64,000 bases of DNA from an uncultured Thermoleophilaceae bacterium (GCA_963751105.1 CAVVTG010000001.1:582344-646343), one strand, 5' to 3'; positions 1 to 8,409 are shown, numbered from the stretch's first letter. A program made the numbers and translations. Notes: a model not told the origin generated them from the sequence alone.

Positions 1-1
1 C

Positions 2-751
2 GGCGACCGGCGCATCGTTCTCGACGGCGAGATCGTGGCCTTCGACGAGCAGGGCCAGCCGAGCTTCGGGCGCCTCCAGTCACGCATGCACCTGGCCTCC
101 GACTCGGCCGTGCGGCGGCGCATGCGTGACACACCGGTGACCTACGTGATCTTCGACCTGCTCTACCTCGACGGCCACTCGACCCTGTCGCTCTCCTACG
201 AGCAGCGGCGCAGCCTGCTCGACGAGCTGGCCCTCGACGGCCCGGCGTGGCGCACCCCCGCCTACCACCGTGGCGAGGGGCGGGCGCTCCAGCAGGCCAC
301 CCGCGAGCTCGGCATCGAGGGGATCGTGGCCAAGAAGCTCGACTGCCCCTACGAGCCGGGGCGGCGGGCGTCGCACTGGATAAAGATCCCCAACGTCCGC
401 CAGCAGGACGTGGTTATCGGCGGGTGGACCTCAGGTGAGGGCAACCGCAGCAGTCACCTCGGGGCGCTGGCCGTGGGGGTCATGGACGAGGGGGAGCTGG
501 CCTACGCGGGGAAGGTCGGGACCGGCTTCACCCAGGAGATGCTCGGGGTGCTGGTCCGCCAGCTCGAGCCGCTGCGCCGCGACACCACTCCGTTCGCGGG
601 GCGCCAGCCGCCCAAGGGGACGAAGTTCGTGGAGCCGCGCCTGGTGGCACTCGTGGAGTTTCGCGAGTGGACCTCGAGCGGGACCCTGCGCGCCCCCTCG
701 TTCAAGGGCCTGCGGCCCGACACGCCGCCCGAGGAGGCGGTTCGGGAGTAG
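2..751 (+). CDS. ligD: ATP-dependent DNA ligase, C-terminal part (NHEJ LigD/LigC-type ligase domain; 5' end lies outside the window)
   Basis: The frame stays open to the window edge (GDRRIVLDGEIVAFDE...). It carries GIEGIVAKKLDCPYEPGRRASHWIKIPN and an OB-fold tail ending LRAPSFKGLRPD, typical of bacterial ATP ligases. ku lies immediately downstream. Confidence 0.85.
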   Translation, partial: GDRRIVLDGEIVAFDEQGQPSFGRLQSRMHLASDSAVRRRMRDTPVTYVIFDLLYLDGHSTLSLSYEQRRSLLDELALDGPAWRTPAYHRGEGRALQQATRELGIEGIVAKKLDCPYEPGRRASHWIKIPNVRQQDVVIGGWTSGEGNRSSHLGALAVGVMDEGELAYAGKVGTGFTQEMLGVLVRQLEPLRRDTTPFAGRQPPKGTKFVEPRLVALVEFREWTSSGTLRAPSFKGLRPDTPPEEAVRE

Positions 752-827
752 CCGGAGGGCACGCGACCGGCGCAAGTTCGCGCCCGTTGAGGAGGGTAAT
801 TGCGCCCAGGCGAGGTATCTTCGGTTC

Positions 828-1715
828 ATGGCGAGAGCGATGTGGAGCGGAGCGATCAGCTTTGGGCTGGTCAACATCCCGGTAAAGCTGTACAGCTCGG
901 TGGCGCGCAAGACCGTGCGCTTCAACCAGATCGATTCCGAGTCCGGCCAGCGGATCCGCCAGCAGCGGGTCAACAGCGAGGGTGAGGAGATCGCCTACGA
1001 GCAGATCGTCAAGGGGTACGAGATCGGTCCCGACAAGTACGTGACGATCACGCCCGAGGAGCTCGAGTCGGTCGAGCCGGAGCGCACCCGCACGATCGAC
1101 ATCGAGGACTTCGTGGACCTCGAGCAGATCGACCCGATCTTCTACGACCATCCCTATTACCTGGCACCCGACAAGGGCGCGGCCAAGCCGTACAAGCTGC
1201 TGCTCGACGCGATGGAGGAAGCCGACAAGGTGGCCATCGCCCGGGTGGTCATCCGCTCCAAGCAGAGCCTGGTGGCGATCCGCGCCAAGGACAACGTCCT
1301 GATGATGGAGACGATGCTGTTCGCGGACGAGATCGTCCCCACCGACTCGATCGAGGAGATCTCATCGATGGACGGCGGCAAGACGACCAAGCGCGAGCTG
1401 GGCATGGCCAACCAGCTGATCGAGTCGCTCTCTTCCGAGTTCGAGCCTGAGAAGTACCGCGACGAGTACCGCGATCAGGTGCTCGCGATGATCGAGAAGA
1501 AGGCCGCCGGCGAGACCATCACCATCGAGGAGCCCAGCGAGGAGCCCCAGAAGGTGCCCGACCTCATGGCCGCGCTCGAGGCCTCGATCGCCGCCGCGAA
1601 GAGCCCGGCGCCGAAGAGCGACGGCGCCAAGAAGACCTCCTCGTCGGGTAGCAAGAACGGATCGGGCTCGAAGAAGAGCTCGGGCTCGCGCAAGAAGACC
1701 CCCGCCAAGAAGTAG
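828..1715 (+). CDS. ku: Ku protein (NHEJ DNA end-binding) with a Lys/Ser-rich basic C-terminal tail
   Basis: The N-terminus MARAMWSGAISFGLVNIPVKLYSS is the canonical bacterial Ku start. YYLAPDKGAAKPYKLL is present. The ATG at 828 is in frame with track ORF 435..1715, whose upstream part looks like non-coding read-through. Confidence 0.93.
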   Translation: MARAMWSGAISFGLVNIPVKLYSSVARKTVRFNQIDSESGQRIRQQRVNSEGEEIAYEQIVKGYEIGPDKYVTITPEELESVEPERTRTIDIEDFVDLEQIDPIFYDHPYYLAPDKGAAKPYKLLLDAMEEADKVAIARVVIRSKQSLVAIRAKDNVLMMETMLFADEIVPTDSIEEISSMDGGKTTKRELGMANQLIESLSSEFEPEKYRDEYRDQVLAMIEKKAAGETITIEEPSEEPQKVPDLMAALEASIAAAKSPAPKSDGAKKTSSSGSKNGSGSKKSSGSRKKTPAKK

Positions 1716-2600
1716 GTGGCCGCACAGCGGGTCGAGGTGGGAGTCGAGGGCCGCCGGCTCTCGCTCTCGAACCTGGCCAAGGTCCTCTACCCCGCCGTGG
1801 GCTTCACCAAGGGCGAGGTGATCGACTACTACACGCGCGTGTCCGCCGCGGTCCTACCTCACCTCCGCGACCGGCCGCTCACGCTCAAGCGCTATCCGAA
1901 CGGCGTCGAGGGGCAGTATTTCTACGAGAAGAACTGTCCCTCCCACGCGCCCGAGTGGGTGCGCAAGGAGGAGGTCGGCGGGATCGCGTACTGCGTCTGC
2001 GACGACCTGCCGACTCTCGTCTGGCTGGCCAACCTCGCCGATCTCGAGCTGCACCCCTCGCTGTCGCTGGTCGAAGACATCGACCGCCCCACGGTGATGG
2101 CCTTCGACCTCGACCCCGGTCCGCCGGCCGGGGTGGCGGAGTGCTGCGAGGTGGCGGTGCTGCTGCGCGACGCGCTTGCCCAGATCGGCCTCGACTCATA
2201 CGCCAAGACGTCCGGCTCGAAGGGCCTTCAGGTCTACGTGCCGCTCAACAGCGAGGTGGACTACGACCACGGCACCAAGCGCCTCTCACAGGCGCTGGCG
2301 CGGCACCTGGAGGCGCAGCACCCGAAGCTGATCGTCTCGAGCCAGCGCAAGGAGCTGCGCACGGGCAAGGTGCTGATCGACTGGAGCCAGAACGACGAGC
2401 ACAAGACCACCGTGGCGGTCTACTCGCTACGCGCGCGTGAGCGGCCGACCGTCTCCACGCCGCTGCTCTGGGAGGAGGTCGAGCGGGGTGACGCCGAGGC
2501 GCTCGTGTTCGAGGCCGCCGACGTGCTCGAGCGCGTGGCCGAGCACGGCGACCTGTTCGCGCCGGTGGTCGAGCAGCAACAGCGCCTGCCCGACCTGTGA
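1716..2600 (+). CDS. ligD: LigD polymerase/primase domain protein (stand-alone)
   Basis: Motifs VGFTKGEVIDYYTRVSAAVLPHLRDRPLTLKRYPNG, FDLDP and SGSKGLQVYVPL match the AEP primase-polymerase motifs of LigD-Pol. The GTG start directly abuts the ku stop codon. Confidence 0.9.
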   Translation: MAAQRVEVGVEGRRLSLSNLAKVLYPAVGFTKGEVIDYYTRVSAAVLPHLRDRPLTLKRYPNGVEGQYFYEKNCPSHAPEWVRKEEVGGIAYCVCDDLPTLVWLANLADLELHPSLSLVEDIDRPTVMAFDLDPGPPAGVAECCEVAVLLRDALAQIGLDSYAKTSGSKGLQVYVPLNSEVDYDHGTKRLSQALARHLEAQHPKLIVSSQRKELRTGKVLIDWSQNDEHKTTVAVYSLRARERPTVSTPLLWEEVERGDAEALVFEAADVLERVAEHGDLFAPVVEQQQRLPDL

Positions 2601-2613
2601 GCCGGACGGCTGC

Positions 2614-3927
2614 TCAGCCGGCCTTGTAGGCCACCACCGCTGCCGCCCAGGTGCCCGAGGCCGACAGCGTCGGTGCGTAGCTGTACGCGCCGGTGGTGGT
2701 CACGAGCCGCCGGCCGCCCACGTTGGTGAGCTGCACGGTCGCGCAGGCCAGGCTCTGGGCGGTGAGCGCGGTGAAGCCCGAGGGCTGCGTGGCGGTCAGC
2801 TGGCCCGTGCTGCTCACCGCGCCGATCAGGAGGCTCGGGTTGCTGATCGTCGTGACCGGCGCCGAGGGGTTGGCGCTCGTGCCGGTACCGGCGCCGCTGG
2901 CGTCGGCCGCGCCCGAGGCCACGTTGGCGAACTCGTCGGCCACCAGGCCCGAGCTGGTGGAGCTGGGGAAGTTCACGGTGATGGTGTTGCCGGAGGTGAG
3001 CGCGGTCGTGACCCGTGCGTGCAGGATCACCGCGCGCTGGTTGCCGTTGAGCACGTCGCGATCGACGCTGTAGGTGTTGCCTCTCGAATCGGAGGCGGTG
3101 ACCGCCGGCGCCGTGGTGCCCCGCAGCGCCAGGCGGAGTATCACGGTGTTCTGGGCCGCTACGCCGGCCGCGGGGACGGTCACCGTGGCCGAGGTCGTCC
3201 CGCAGCTCGACTGTCCGATGTTCTTGACGAAGGCCGGGCCCACGGTCACGGCCCGCGAGGCCACGTCGCCCGCGCTGCCGATCGCGAAGATTGTGTGGCT
3301 GCCCGACGTGGTGCCCGCCGGGAGGGTCACGCTCACCGTGGCGGTGCCGCTGGCGGGGACCGGGCTGGGTGTGATGCTGCCGCTGAGAACGGTGCCGGTG
3401 GTGGCGTTGTCGAGGCGGTAGGTCACCGTCTGCCCGGGCACGAAGTTGCTGATCGTCCCGGTGACGGTGGCGGGTCCGGCCGGCACGTACGCGGTGGACA
3501 GGGTGAGCGCCGCCGCGGGCACGGTGACCGCGGTGCTGTGAGCGCTCTCCGTCCCGCGCCACAGCCCCTGCCGGGGAGTGACGCTGTAACGCCAGCTTCC
3601 CGCGGGAACGGCCGCCTCGGTGCAGGTGAGTGCGGTGATGGTGGTGTTGCAGGCGCTCCCGATGCTCTGCAGCACGCCGGCGGTCGTGTAGCGCCGGACC
3701 TCGTAGCCGCCCACGGCCGGCCCGCCGGAGAAGCTGCTCTGGGCCCAGCTGACGGTGACGCTGCGGTTGGAGCGCGAGGTGGTGGGCGTGTTGCCGCCGG
3801 GCATGGTGCGGGCCTTGGCGTAGGCGCTGCCGCTGCCCGGAGAGCTCCACGCGCCCAGCGCGGCGGGCGGGCAGATCAGAGCCGCGACCAGCGCCGCGGC
3901 GAGAACGAGCTTCGTGCCCCGCTTCAC
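2614..3927 (-). CDS. Secreted multi-domain protein (signal peptide, Fn3-like and Ig-like repeats), uncharacterised; protein C of a 3-gene operon
   Basis: N-terminus VKRGTKLVLAAALVAALICPPAALGAW is followed by the GSGSAYAKART motif. Fn3-like VTVSWAQSS..GGYEVRRY is present, with Thr/Ser/Ala/Val-rich beta-type repeats. The GTG start overlaps the upstream stop in GTGA (3924-3927). The longer track ORF to 4101 overlaps the upstream gene and is rejected. Confidence 0.7.
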   Translation of the reverse strand: MKRGTKLVLAAALVAALICPPAALGAWSSPGSGSAYAKARTMPGGNTPTTSRSNRSVTVSWAQSSFSGGPAVGGYEVRRYTTAGVLQSIGSACNTTITALTCTEAAVPAGSWRYSVTPRQGLWRGTESAHSTAVTVPAAALTLSTAYVPAGPATVTGTISNFVPGQTVTYRLDNATTGTVLSGSITPSPVPASGTATVSVTLPAGTTSGSHTIFAIGSAGDVASRAVTVGPAFVKNIGQSSCGTTSATVTVPAAGVAAQNTVILRLALRGTTAPAVTASDSRGNTYSVDRDVLNGNQRAVILHARVTTALTSGNTITVNFPSSTSSGLVADEFANVASGAADASGAGTGTSANPSAPVTTISNPSLLIGAVSSTGQLTATQPSGFTALTAQSLACATVQLTNVGGRRLVTTTGAYSYAPTLSASGTWAAAVVAYKAG

Positions 3928-4373
3928 CGCGGCCGCCTGGGGCCCGCGCGGGCCCGTGCCTTCAGGGTGTAGCGGCCTCCCTGGCAGGCGCTCTCCGCGG
4001 TGGGGAGCATCCACACGGTCAGGCTCAGGCGGCGCACGCCCCGCGCGGGGAGCGGCACGTAGCCGCGAAACACGTCGAACTTCAACGACTCGGCGGAGCA
4101 CCCGCGCGGAGCGCGAGCGACCCAGACCCGGGCGCGCCGGATCGTCAGCGGCCGGCGCCGGCGATTGGCCACCCGCACGGTCACCGGGAGGCGGGCGCCG
4201 GGATACAGCAGGCCCTCCACCCGAGCCGAGAGCCGGAGGCCGTGATGGCTCCGGTGCTTGGCCGTCGCCGCCGGCGCGGCCTCATCGCTCTGGCTGTTCA
4301 CCAGTGCATCGGCCGTGGCCGCGGCCGCGAACAGCGCGGCCACCAGGGCGAGGAGGAGGAGAGGTCGCTTCAT
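3924..4373 (-). CDS. Small secreted protein, paralogous core to the upstream gene; protein B, uncharacterised
   Basis: Signal peptide MKRPLLLLALVAALFAAAATADA. It shares LYPG...V(T/R)V.N...GC...CQG..(F/Y)T with the 4440-4928 product. It is translationally coupled to the downstream gene. Confidence 0.6.
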   Translation of the reverse strand: MKRPLLLLALVAALFAAAATADALVNSQSDEAAPAATAKHRSHHGLRLSARVEGLLYPGARLPVTVRVANRRRRPLTIRRARVWVARAPRGCSAESLKFDVFRGYVPLPARGVRRLSLTVWMLPTAESACQGGRYTLKARARAGPRRPR

Positions 4374-4439
4374 GCAAGGGCGGGACGAACGGCGGGAGGC
4401 CGGGGCCTCCCGCCGTGCCGAACGGACTCCGCGGTCTCC

Positions 4440-4928
4440 TTATGGGGCGTTGCTCGCGCCGGTGAGGTTGACCGGGATCGTGAACGTGGCGCCCTGGCAC
4501 CCGTCGGACGAGGCGTTGGACATGCTCGCCGCGCCAGTCAGGGTCGCTGTGGTGGCTCCGCTCGCGGGCACGTCGATGGTCAGCCCGGTCTGGTTGGCGA
4601 AGGTCACCCCGGTGGTCGTGCACCCAGCGGCGTGTGCCGCGTCGGGAGTGATCGAGCCGGTGCCGTTCGACACGCCCGTGACTCGCACCGGATAGGGGTT
4701 GGGGTTGTTGACCCGCAAGGTCACATTCCCGCTGGCGCCCGGGTAGAGCGAGGCGGTGGTGGAGGCGGAGACGTCCGCCGTGGTCAGCGCCGACGCGGTG
4801 CCGGCCTTGGCGTAACCGGAGCCCGTGCCGTTGGCGAGCCAGGCGGCGGAGACGAGACCGGCGGCGGCGAGCGCCACGACGGCAACAGCAACGGCGACAA
4901 GCTTCCTGCGGGTAAGGATGCGCTTCAT
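4440..4928 (-). CDS. Small secreted protein; protein A, uncharacterised, candidate major subunit
   Basis: The ATG at 4928 gives MKRILTRRKLVAVAVAVVALAAAGLVSAAW followed by LANGTGSGYAKAGT. The body is Thr/Ser/Gly/Asn-rich, beta-type, and contains two Cys (GCTTTG, GCQGATFTI). The track ORF extends to 5081, but that extension is Pro/Gly-rich leader-like sequence. Confidence 0.65.
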   Translation of the reverse strand: MKRILTRRKLVAVAVAVVALAAAGLVSAAWLANGTGSGYAKAGTASALTTADVSASTTASLYPGASGNVTLRVNNPNPYPVRVTGVSNGTGSITPDAAHAAGCTTTGVTFANQTGLTIDVPASGATTATLTGAASMSNASSDGCQGATFTIPVNLTGASNAP

Positions 4929-5055
4929 TGGAGGTCCGTTCGTCGAGGTCCCTAGACGAATGGTGTATCGACGTGTGAAGGGACGCCTTGATACCCCAAC
5001 TGGGGATCCGCCTCCGAGGTGTGGGGTAGGCCCAGGTGGGTACGGTTGACTTCGA

Positions 5056-6102
5056 ATGGTCGACTGGTCGATTGCCCGCACGCTCGCTCGCTTGACCGCT
5101 GGCGGTGACGACGCGGCCGTCCCCGGGCTCGATGTGCGGGCGCTGTGCGAGGAGATGGAGCCGCACGTGGCCGGCTACACCGGACTGCTCCCGGCCGATC
5201 CGCGCCCGCTGGCCGAGGCGGTCAGTCGTGCTGAGTGGGCCTCGATCAATATCGATTCGGTGGCCACGGTGCTCGATCCGGTGGCCGCGCGCCTGGACGA
5301 ACGGTTCGCTTCCGCCGGTCCGTTTGCGGGCGTTCTGAGGACGGGAGCCTCGGCTGCCCTCGCCGCGGAGACCGGCCTGGTGTTCGGCTACGTCTCCACG
5401 CGCGTACTCGGCCAGTACGACATCTCGCTGCTCGGCGGTGACGCGCCCCCCCGGCTGCTGTTCGTGGCGCCCAACCTGGACAAGGCGGTCCGAGAGCTCG
5501 ACGTCAACGCGCTCGCCTTCGGGCGCTGGGTGGCGGCCCACGAGCTCACCCACGTCTTCCAGTTCCAGGGCGTCCCGTGGCTGCGCGGGCACATGAGCGG
5601 CCTCCTGCGCGCCTATCTCGCGACGGTCGAGGTCCGCATCGATCAGGGCACCGCCGGTGGGCTCGCCTCGCTGCCCGACCCGCGCAAGCTGATCGAGGCC
5701 TTCCGCGAAGGAGGGCTGGCCTCACTCGTCCAGAACGACGACCAGCGCGCCCAGATGGGCCGGATCCAGGCGGCGATGGCGGTTATCGAGGGCTACTCCG
5801 AGCACGTCATGGACGCGATCGCCGAACGCGCCATTCCCGACTACGAGAACCTGCGGGCGGCGATGACCGCCCGGCGCAGCAGCCGTTCGGCGCCCGAGCT
5901 CCTGATCGAGCGCCTGCTGGGCTTCGACGTGAAGCTCCGTCAGTACGAGCTGGGCAAGGGCTTCAGCGATGCGGTGGTGAGCGAGGCGGGCATCGACGGC
6001 CTCAACCGCGTGTGGGCCTCCCCCGAGGCGCTCCCGACGATGGACGAGCTGACCGAGCCGGCGGCCTGGCTGGCGCGAGTGTCGGGCGACCGGGCGGCCT
6101 AG
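5056..6102 (+). CDS. Zinc-dependent metalloprotease family protein (HExxH; resembles the actinobacterial DUF2342-type hydrolase)
   Basis: It carries HELTHVFQF (HExxH) followed by EGYSEHVMD. The length and overall pattern fit the conserved actinobacterial putative Zn hydrolase family. Confidence 0.7.
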   Translation: MVDWSIARTLARLTAGGDDAAVPGLDVRALCEEMEPHVAGYTGLLPADPRPLAEAVSRAEWASINIDSVATVLDPVAARLDERFASAGPFAGVLRTGASAALAAETGLVFGYVSTRVLGQYDISLLGGDAPPRLLFVAPNLDKAVRELDVNALAFGRWVAAHELTHVFQFQGVPWLRGHMSGLLRAYLATVEVRIDQGTAGGLASLPDPRKLIEAFREGGLASLVQNDDQRAQMGRIQAAMAVIEGYSEHVMDAIAERAIPDYENLRAAMTARRSSRSAPELLIERLLGFDVKLRQYELGKGFSDAVVSEAGIDGLNRVWASPEALPTMDELTEPAAWLARVSGDRAA

Positions 6103-6199
6103 CCTCCGCCGCTTGCGCCGCTGCGCTCCGCTCGGGCGTTGCGCGGCGCTTCGGTGCGGCCACGATTGGCTGGAAAGGGGTGAGCCCGGGGCGCCTCGT

Positions 6200-6252
6200 G
6201 GGGGGTCTGACGCGTTCTTCGTCTATAGGGCGAACAAGTCGTCAGACCCCCC
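6200..6252. other. Perfect 13-bp GC-rich inverted repeat (GGGGGGTCTGACG-N27-CGTCAGACCCCCC) in a 356-nt non-coding gap
   Basis: Read directly from the sequence. The arms are 6200-6212 and 6240-6252, and no T-tract follows. It could be a terminator of the 5056-6102 gene, an RNA element or a protein-binding site. Confidence 0.4.
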
Positions 6253-6362
6253 GCGGAGCGCCGCGCCGGCCGGACCAACCCCTTCCCCAGCCAGACGGAC
6301 CACGCCGAACCCCCCACGCCCGCCCGAGCGGAACGCACTCTGTAACGAACCCGCGCCGCCGG

Positions 6363-6390
6363 TTTACAAACGTGTGTTCGTTGGTATAGT
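6363..6390 (+). promoter_or_regulatory. Sigma-70-type promoter candidate TTTACA-N16-TATAGT
   Basis: This is a low-GC island with a -35-like TTTACA (6363-6368) and a -10 TATAGT (6385-6390). It sits about 70 nt upstream of a strong AAGGAG RBS and the ATG at 6459. Confidence 0.45.
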
Positions 6391-6458
6391 TGTACCGAAC
6401 TTAGAACTAATAAGCTTACGCCCAGACGGACGGGCAGGGACGAAACAAGGAGATCACT

Positions 6459-7092
6459 ATGGCCGCTCAGACCGAAACACAGCGCAAGGCGACCGCTCGC
6501 AAGGCCGCCGCGACCCGTCGTCGCAACGCCTCCAAGCGCAGCGCCACCGCCGCCAAGAGCTCGGCGAAGCGCACTCAGAACGCCGCCCGCAGCACGCAGT
6601 CCGCTGCCAAGGCCACCCGGACCGCCACGGCCAACGCCGCCGAGGCGCGCGTCAAGGCCGAGCTGAACACGCTGCAGGTCGTCCAGGCTCAGGCCGAGCG
6701 TGCGGTGCTCATTCCCGTCGGCGCCGCGCTGATCGCGCGTGACGCGGTCGTCGGACGTCGCCAAGCCCTACGTGGCCGGTCGCGACAGCGCCGAGAAGGA
6801 GATCGAGAAGGTCGGCAAGCGGGTGTCGGTCAACCTGCGCAAGGCCGAGCGCCGCGGCACCACGGCCCGCAACCGTGCGGTGCGCGAGACCAAGAAGACG
6901 CGCACCCGTGTGGAGCGTCAGCTGCGCCAGCGCCGCAACGGCGTGGTGCGGACGGTCAAGCAGAACCGCCGCGATGCCGAAAAGCAGGTAAAGACGGCTC
7001 GCCGTGAGTTCGAGCGCCAGGTCACTGTCACGCGCCGCGAGGTGCAGGCTCAGGCCGAGGGCATCGTCGACCGCGTGAGCACGATCGCCTAG
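6459..7092 (+). pseudogene. Highly basic Ala/Lys/Arg-rich protein (HbhA/histone-H1-like composition with a central hydrophobic segment); reading frame broken near 6753
   Basis: AAGGAG RBS and ATG at 6459. Frame 0 codes well up to ...AVLIPVGAALIARDAVV (6752). High-GC3 coding then continues only in the +1 frame (DVAKPYVAGRDSAEKEIEK... to the TAG at 7092). Removing one G of the GG at 6753-6754 joins the two parts. Confidence 0.6.
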
Positions 7093-7142
7093 CGCGTACA
7101 GGCTTCCCCCGCCCGCTTTGGAGAGAGCGGAGACGGGAAAGA

Positions 7143-7167
7143 CTGCCGGCCTCATATTCGCCGGCAG
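7143..7167 (+). terminator. Hairpin CTGCCGGC-N9-GCCGGCAG downstream of the basic-protein gene
   Basis: It has an 8-bp perfect stem 51 nt after the TAG at 7092. There is no clear U-tract, which is common in high-GC actinobacteria. Confidence 0.4.
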
Positions 7168-7237
7168 TGCAGTATCTCTCCTCCCTCAGCCAGCGGCGCC
7201 TACGGGCGCCGTTGGCCATTCCGGGCTGCGACAATGG

Positions 7238-8386
7238 ATGGCGATGCCTACTCGTGAACAGATTGAGGACGTCCTGCGCGGGGTCATCGACCCTGAGCTG
7301 CGCAAGGACATCGTGTCCCTCGGCATGGTCCGTTCCATCGAGCAGCCCGAGGAGGGCCGCGTGGACGTGGTCGTGTCGCTGACCACCCCCGGCTGCCCGA
7401 TCCGCTCGCACTTCGAGACGGCCGTGCGCGAGAAGGTCTCCAGCCTCGGCGTCAGCCAGGTCGGCGTGGCCTTCGACGTGCTCTCCGACCAGGAGAAGTC
7501 GACGCTCTCCCAGCGGCTCGGCCGCGGTCAGAGCGGCTTGCCCGAGGGCGCGCTCGCCGCGGTCAAGAACGTCATCTGCGTCGGTTCCGGCAAGGGCGGG
7601 GTGGGTAAATCCACCATCACCACCAACCTCGCCGCCGCTCTGCAGGCCGACGGCCACCAGGCCGCCGCGCTCGACGCCGACGTGTGGGGTTACTCGATTC
7701 CTCGCATGCTCGGGGTGCACGGCCGGCCCAAGGTCTCGGCCGAGCGCAAGATCCTCCCGCTCGAGGGGCCGGGTGGCGTGAAGGCGATCTCGATCGAGCA
7801 CTTCCTCAACGAGCGCGACCAGGCCATCACCTGGCGCGGCCCGATGCTCCACAAGGCGATTCGCCAGTTCCTCGAGGACGTGGACTGGGGAGAGCTCGAC
7901 TACCTGCTGATCGACCTGCCTCCCGGCACAGGCGACGTGTCGATGACCCTCGCCCAGCTGCTTCCCCAGGCTCGTTTCGTCGTGGTCACCACGCCGCAGC
8001 CCGCCGCGCAGAAGGTCGCGGCTCGCGCGGCCGAGACGGCCCGGCGTTTCGACCTCGAGGTGCTCGGCGTGATCGAGAACATGTCGGGCTTCACCACCCC
8101 GGACGGCGAGCGCTTCACCATCTTCGGCGAGGGCGGGGGCCAGGTCCTAGCCGACGAGCTCGACGTGCCCCTGCTCGGGAAGATCCCCCTTCAGGAGGAG
8201 CTGCGGGTGTCAGCCGACGAGGGCCGCCCGCTCGTGCTCGACGATCCCTCGGCACCCGCCGCCCAGGCGATCTACCACGCCACGCGAGGCATCATCGCGG
8301 CCACCCCGCAGGAGCTGGCGGTCCTGCAGGCGCCGTCCGGCCCGCCCGTTCCGGAGATCACCGGGACGGCGCTGCCGATGGCGTAG
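7238..8386 (+). CDS. Mrp/ApbC/NBP35-family Fe-S cluster carrier ATPase
   Basis: It has an N-terminal DUF59-like REQIEDVLRGVIDPELRKDIVSLGMV and the deviant Walker A GSGKGGVGKSTITTNLA. Start could be the ATG at 7238 or 7244. Confidence 0.92.
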   Translation: MAMPTREQIEDVLRGVIDPELRKDIVSLGMVRSIEQPEEGRVDVVVSLTTPGCPIRSHFETAVREKVSSLGVSQVGVAFDVLSDQEKSTLSQRLGRGQSGLPEGALAAVKNVICVGSGKGGVGKSTITTNLAAALQADGHQAAALDADVWGYSIPRMLGVHGRPKVSAERKILPLEGPGGVKAISIEHFLNERDQAITWRGPMLHKAIRQFLEDVDWGELDYLLIDLPPGTGDVSMTLAQLLPQARFVVVTTPQPAAQKVAARAAETARRFDLEVLGVIENMSGFTTPDGERFTIFGEGGGQVLADELDVPLLGKIPLQEELRVSADEGRPLVLDDPSAPAAQAIYHATRGIIAATPQELAVLQAPSGPPVPEITGTALPMA

Positions 8387-8409
8387 GCAGCGCCGCCCCG
8401 TCCTTCTTC

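Noticed and set aside
2420-3972. Long overlapping ORFs 2420-3850 (-) and 2437-3972 (+), 476 and 511 aa.
   Set aside because: They are alternate-frame or antisense shadows of the 2614-3927 gene. Their translations are Arg/Gly/Pro/His-rich low-complexity text with no motifs, which is expected in very GC-rich DNA.
2614-4928. Interpretation of the secreted three-gene operon as a sortase-assembled pilus or a SipW/TasA locus.
   Set aside because: There are no LPXTG or C-terminal sorting signals and no pilin or E-box motifs. No sortase or signal peptidase gene is adjacent, and the N-terminal motif differs from the SipW-type one. I kept it as an uncharacterised system instead.
6375-6385. An identical 11-mer, TGTTCGTTGGT, at 6375-6385 and 10169-10179, both in promoter-like gaps.
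   Set aside because: A single shared 11-mer in 64 kb is within chance expectation. The two copies sit differently relative to -10-like elements. TGTTCG-like words recur generally in the low-GC intergenic islands.
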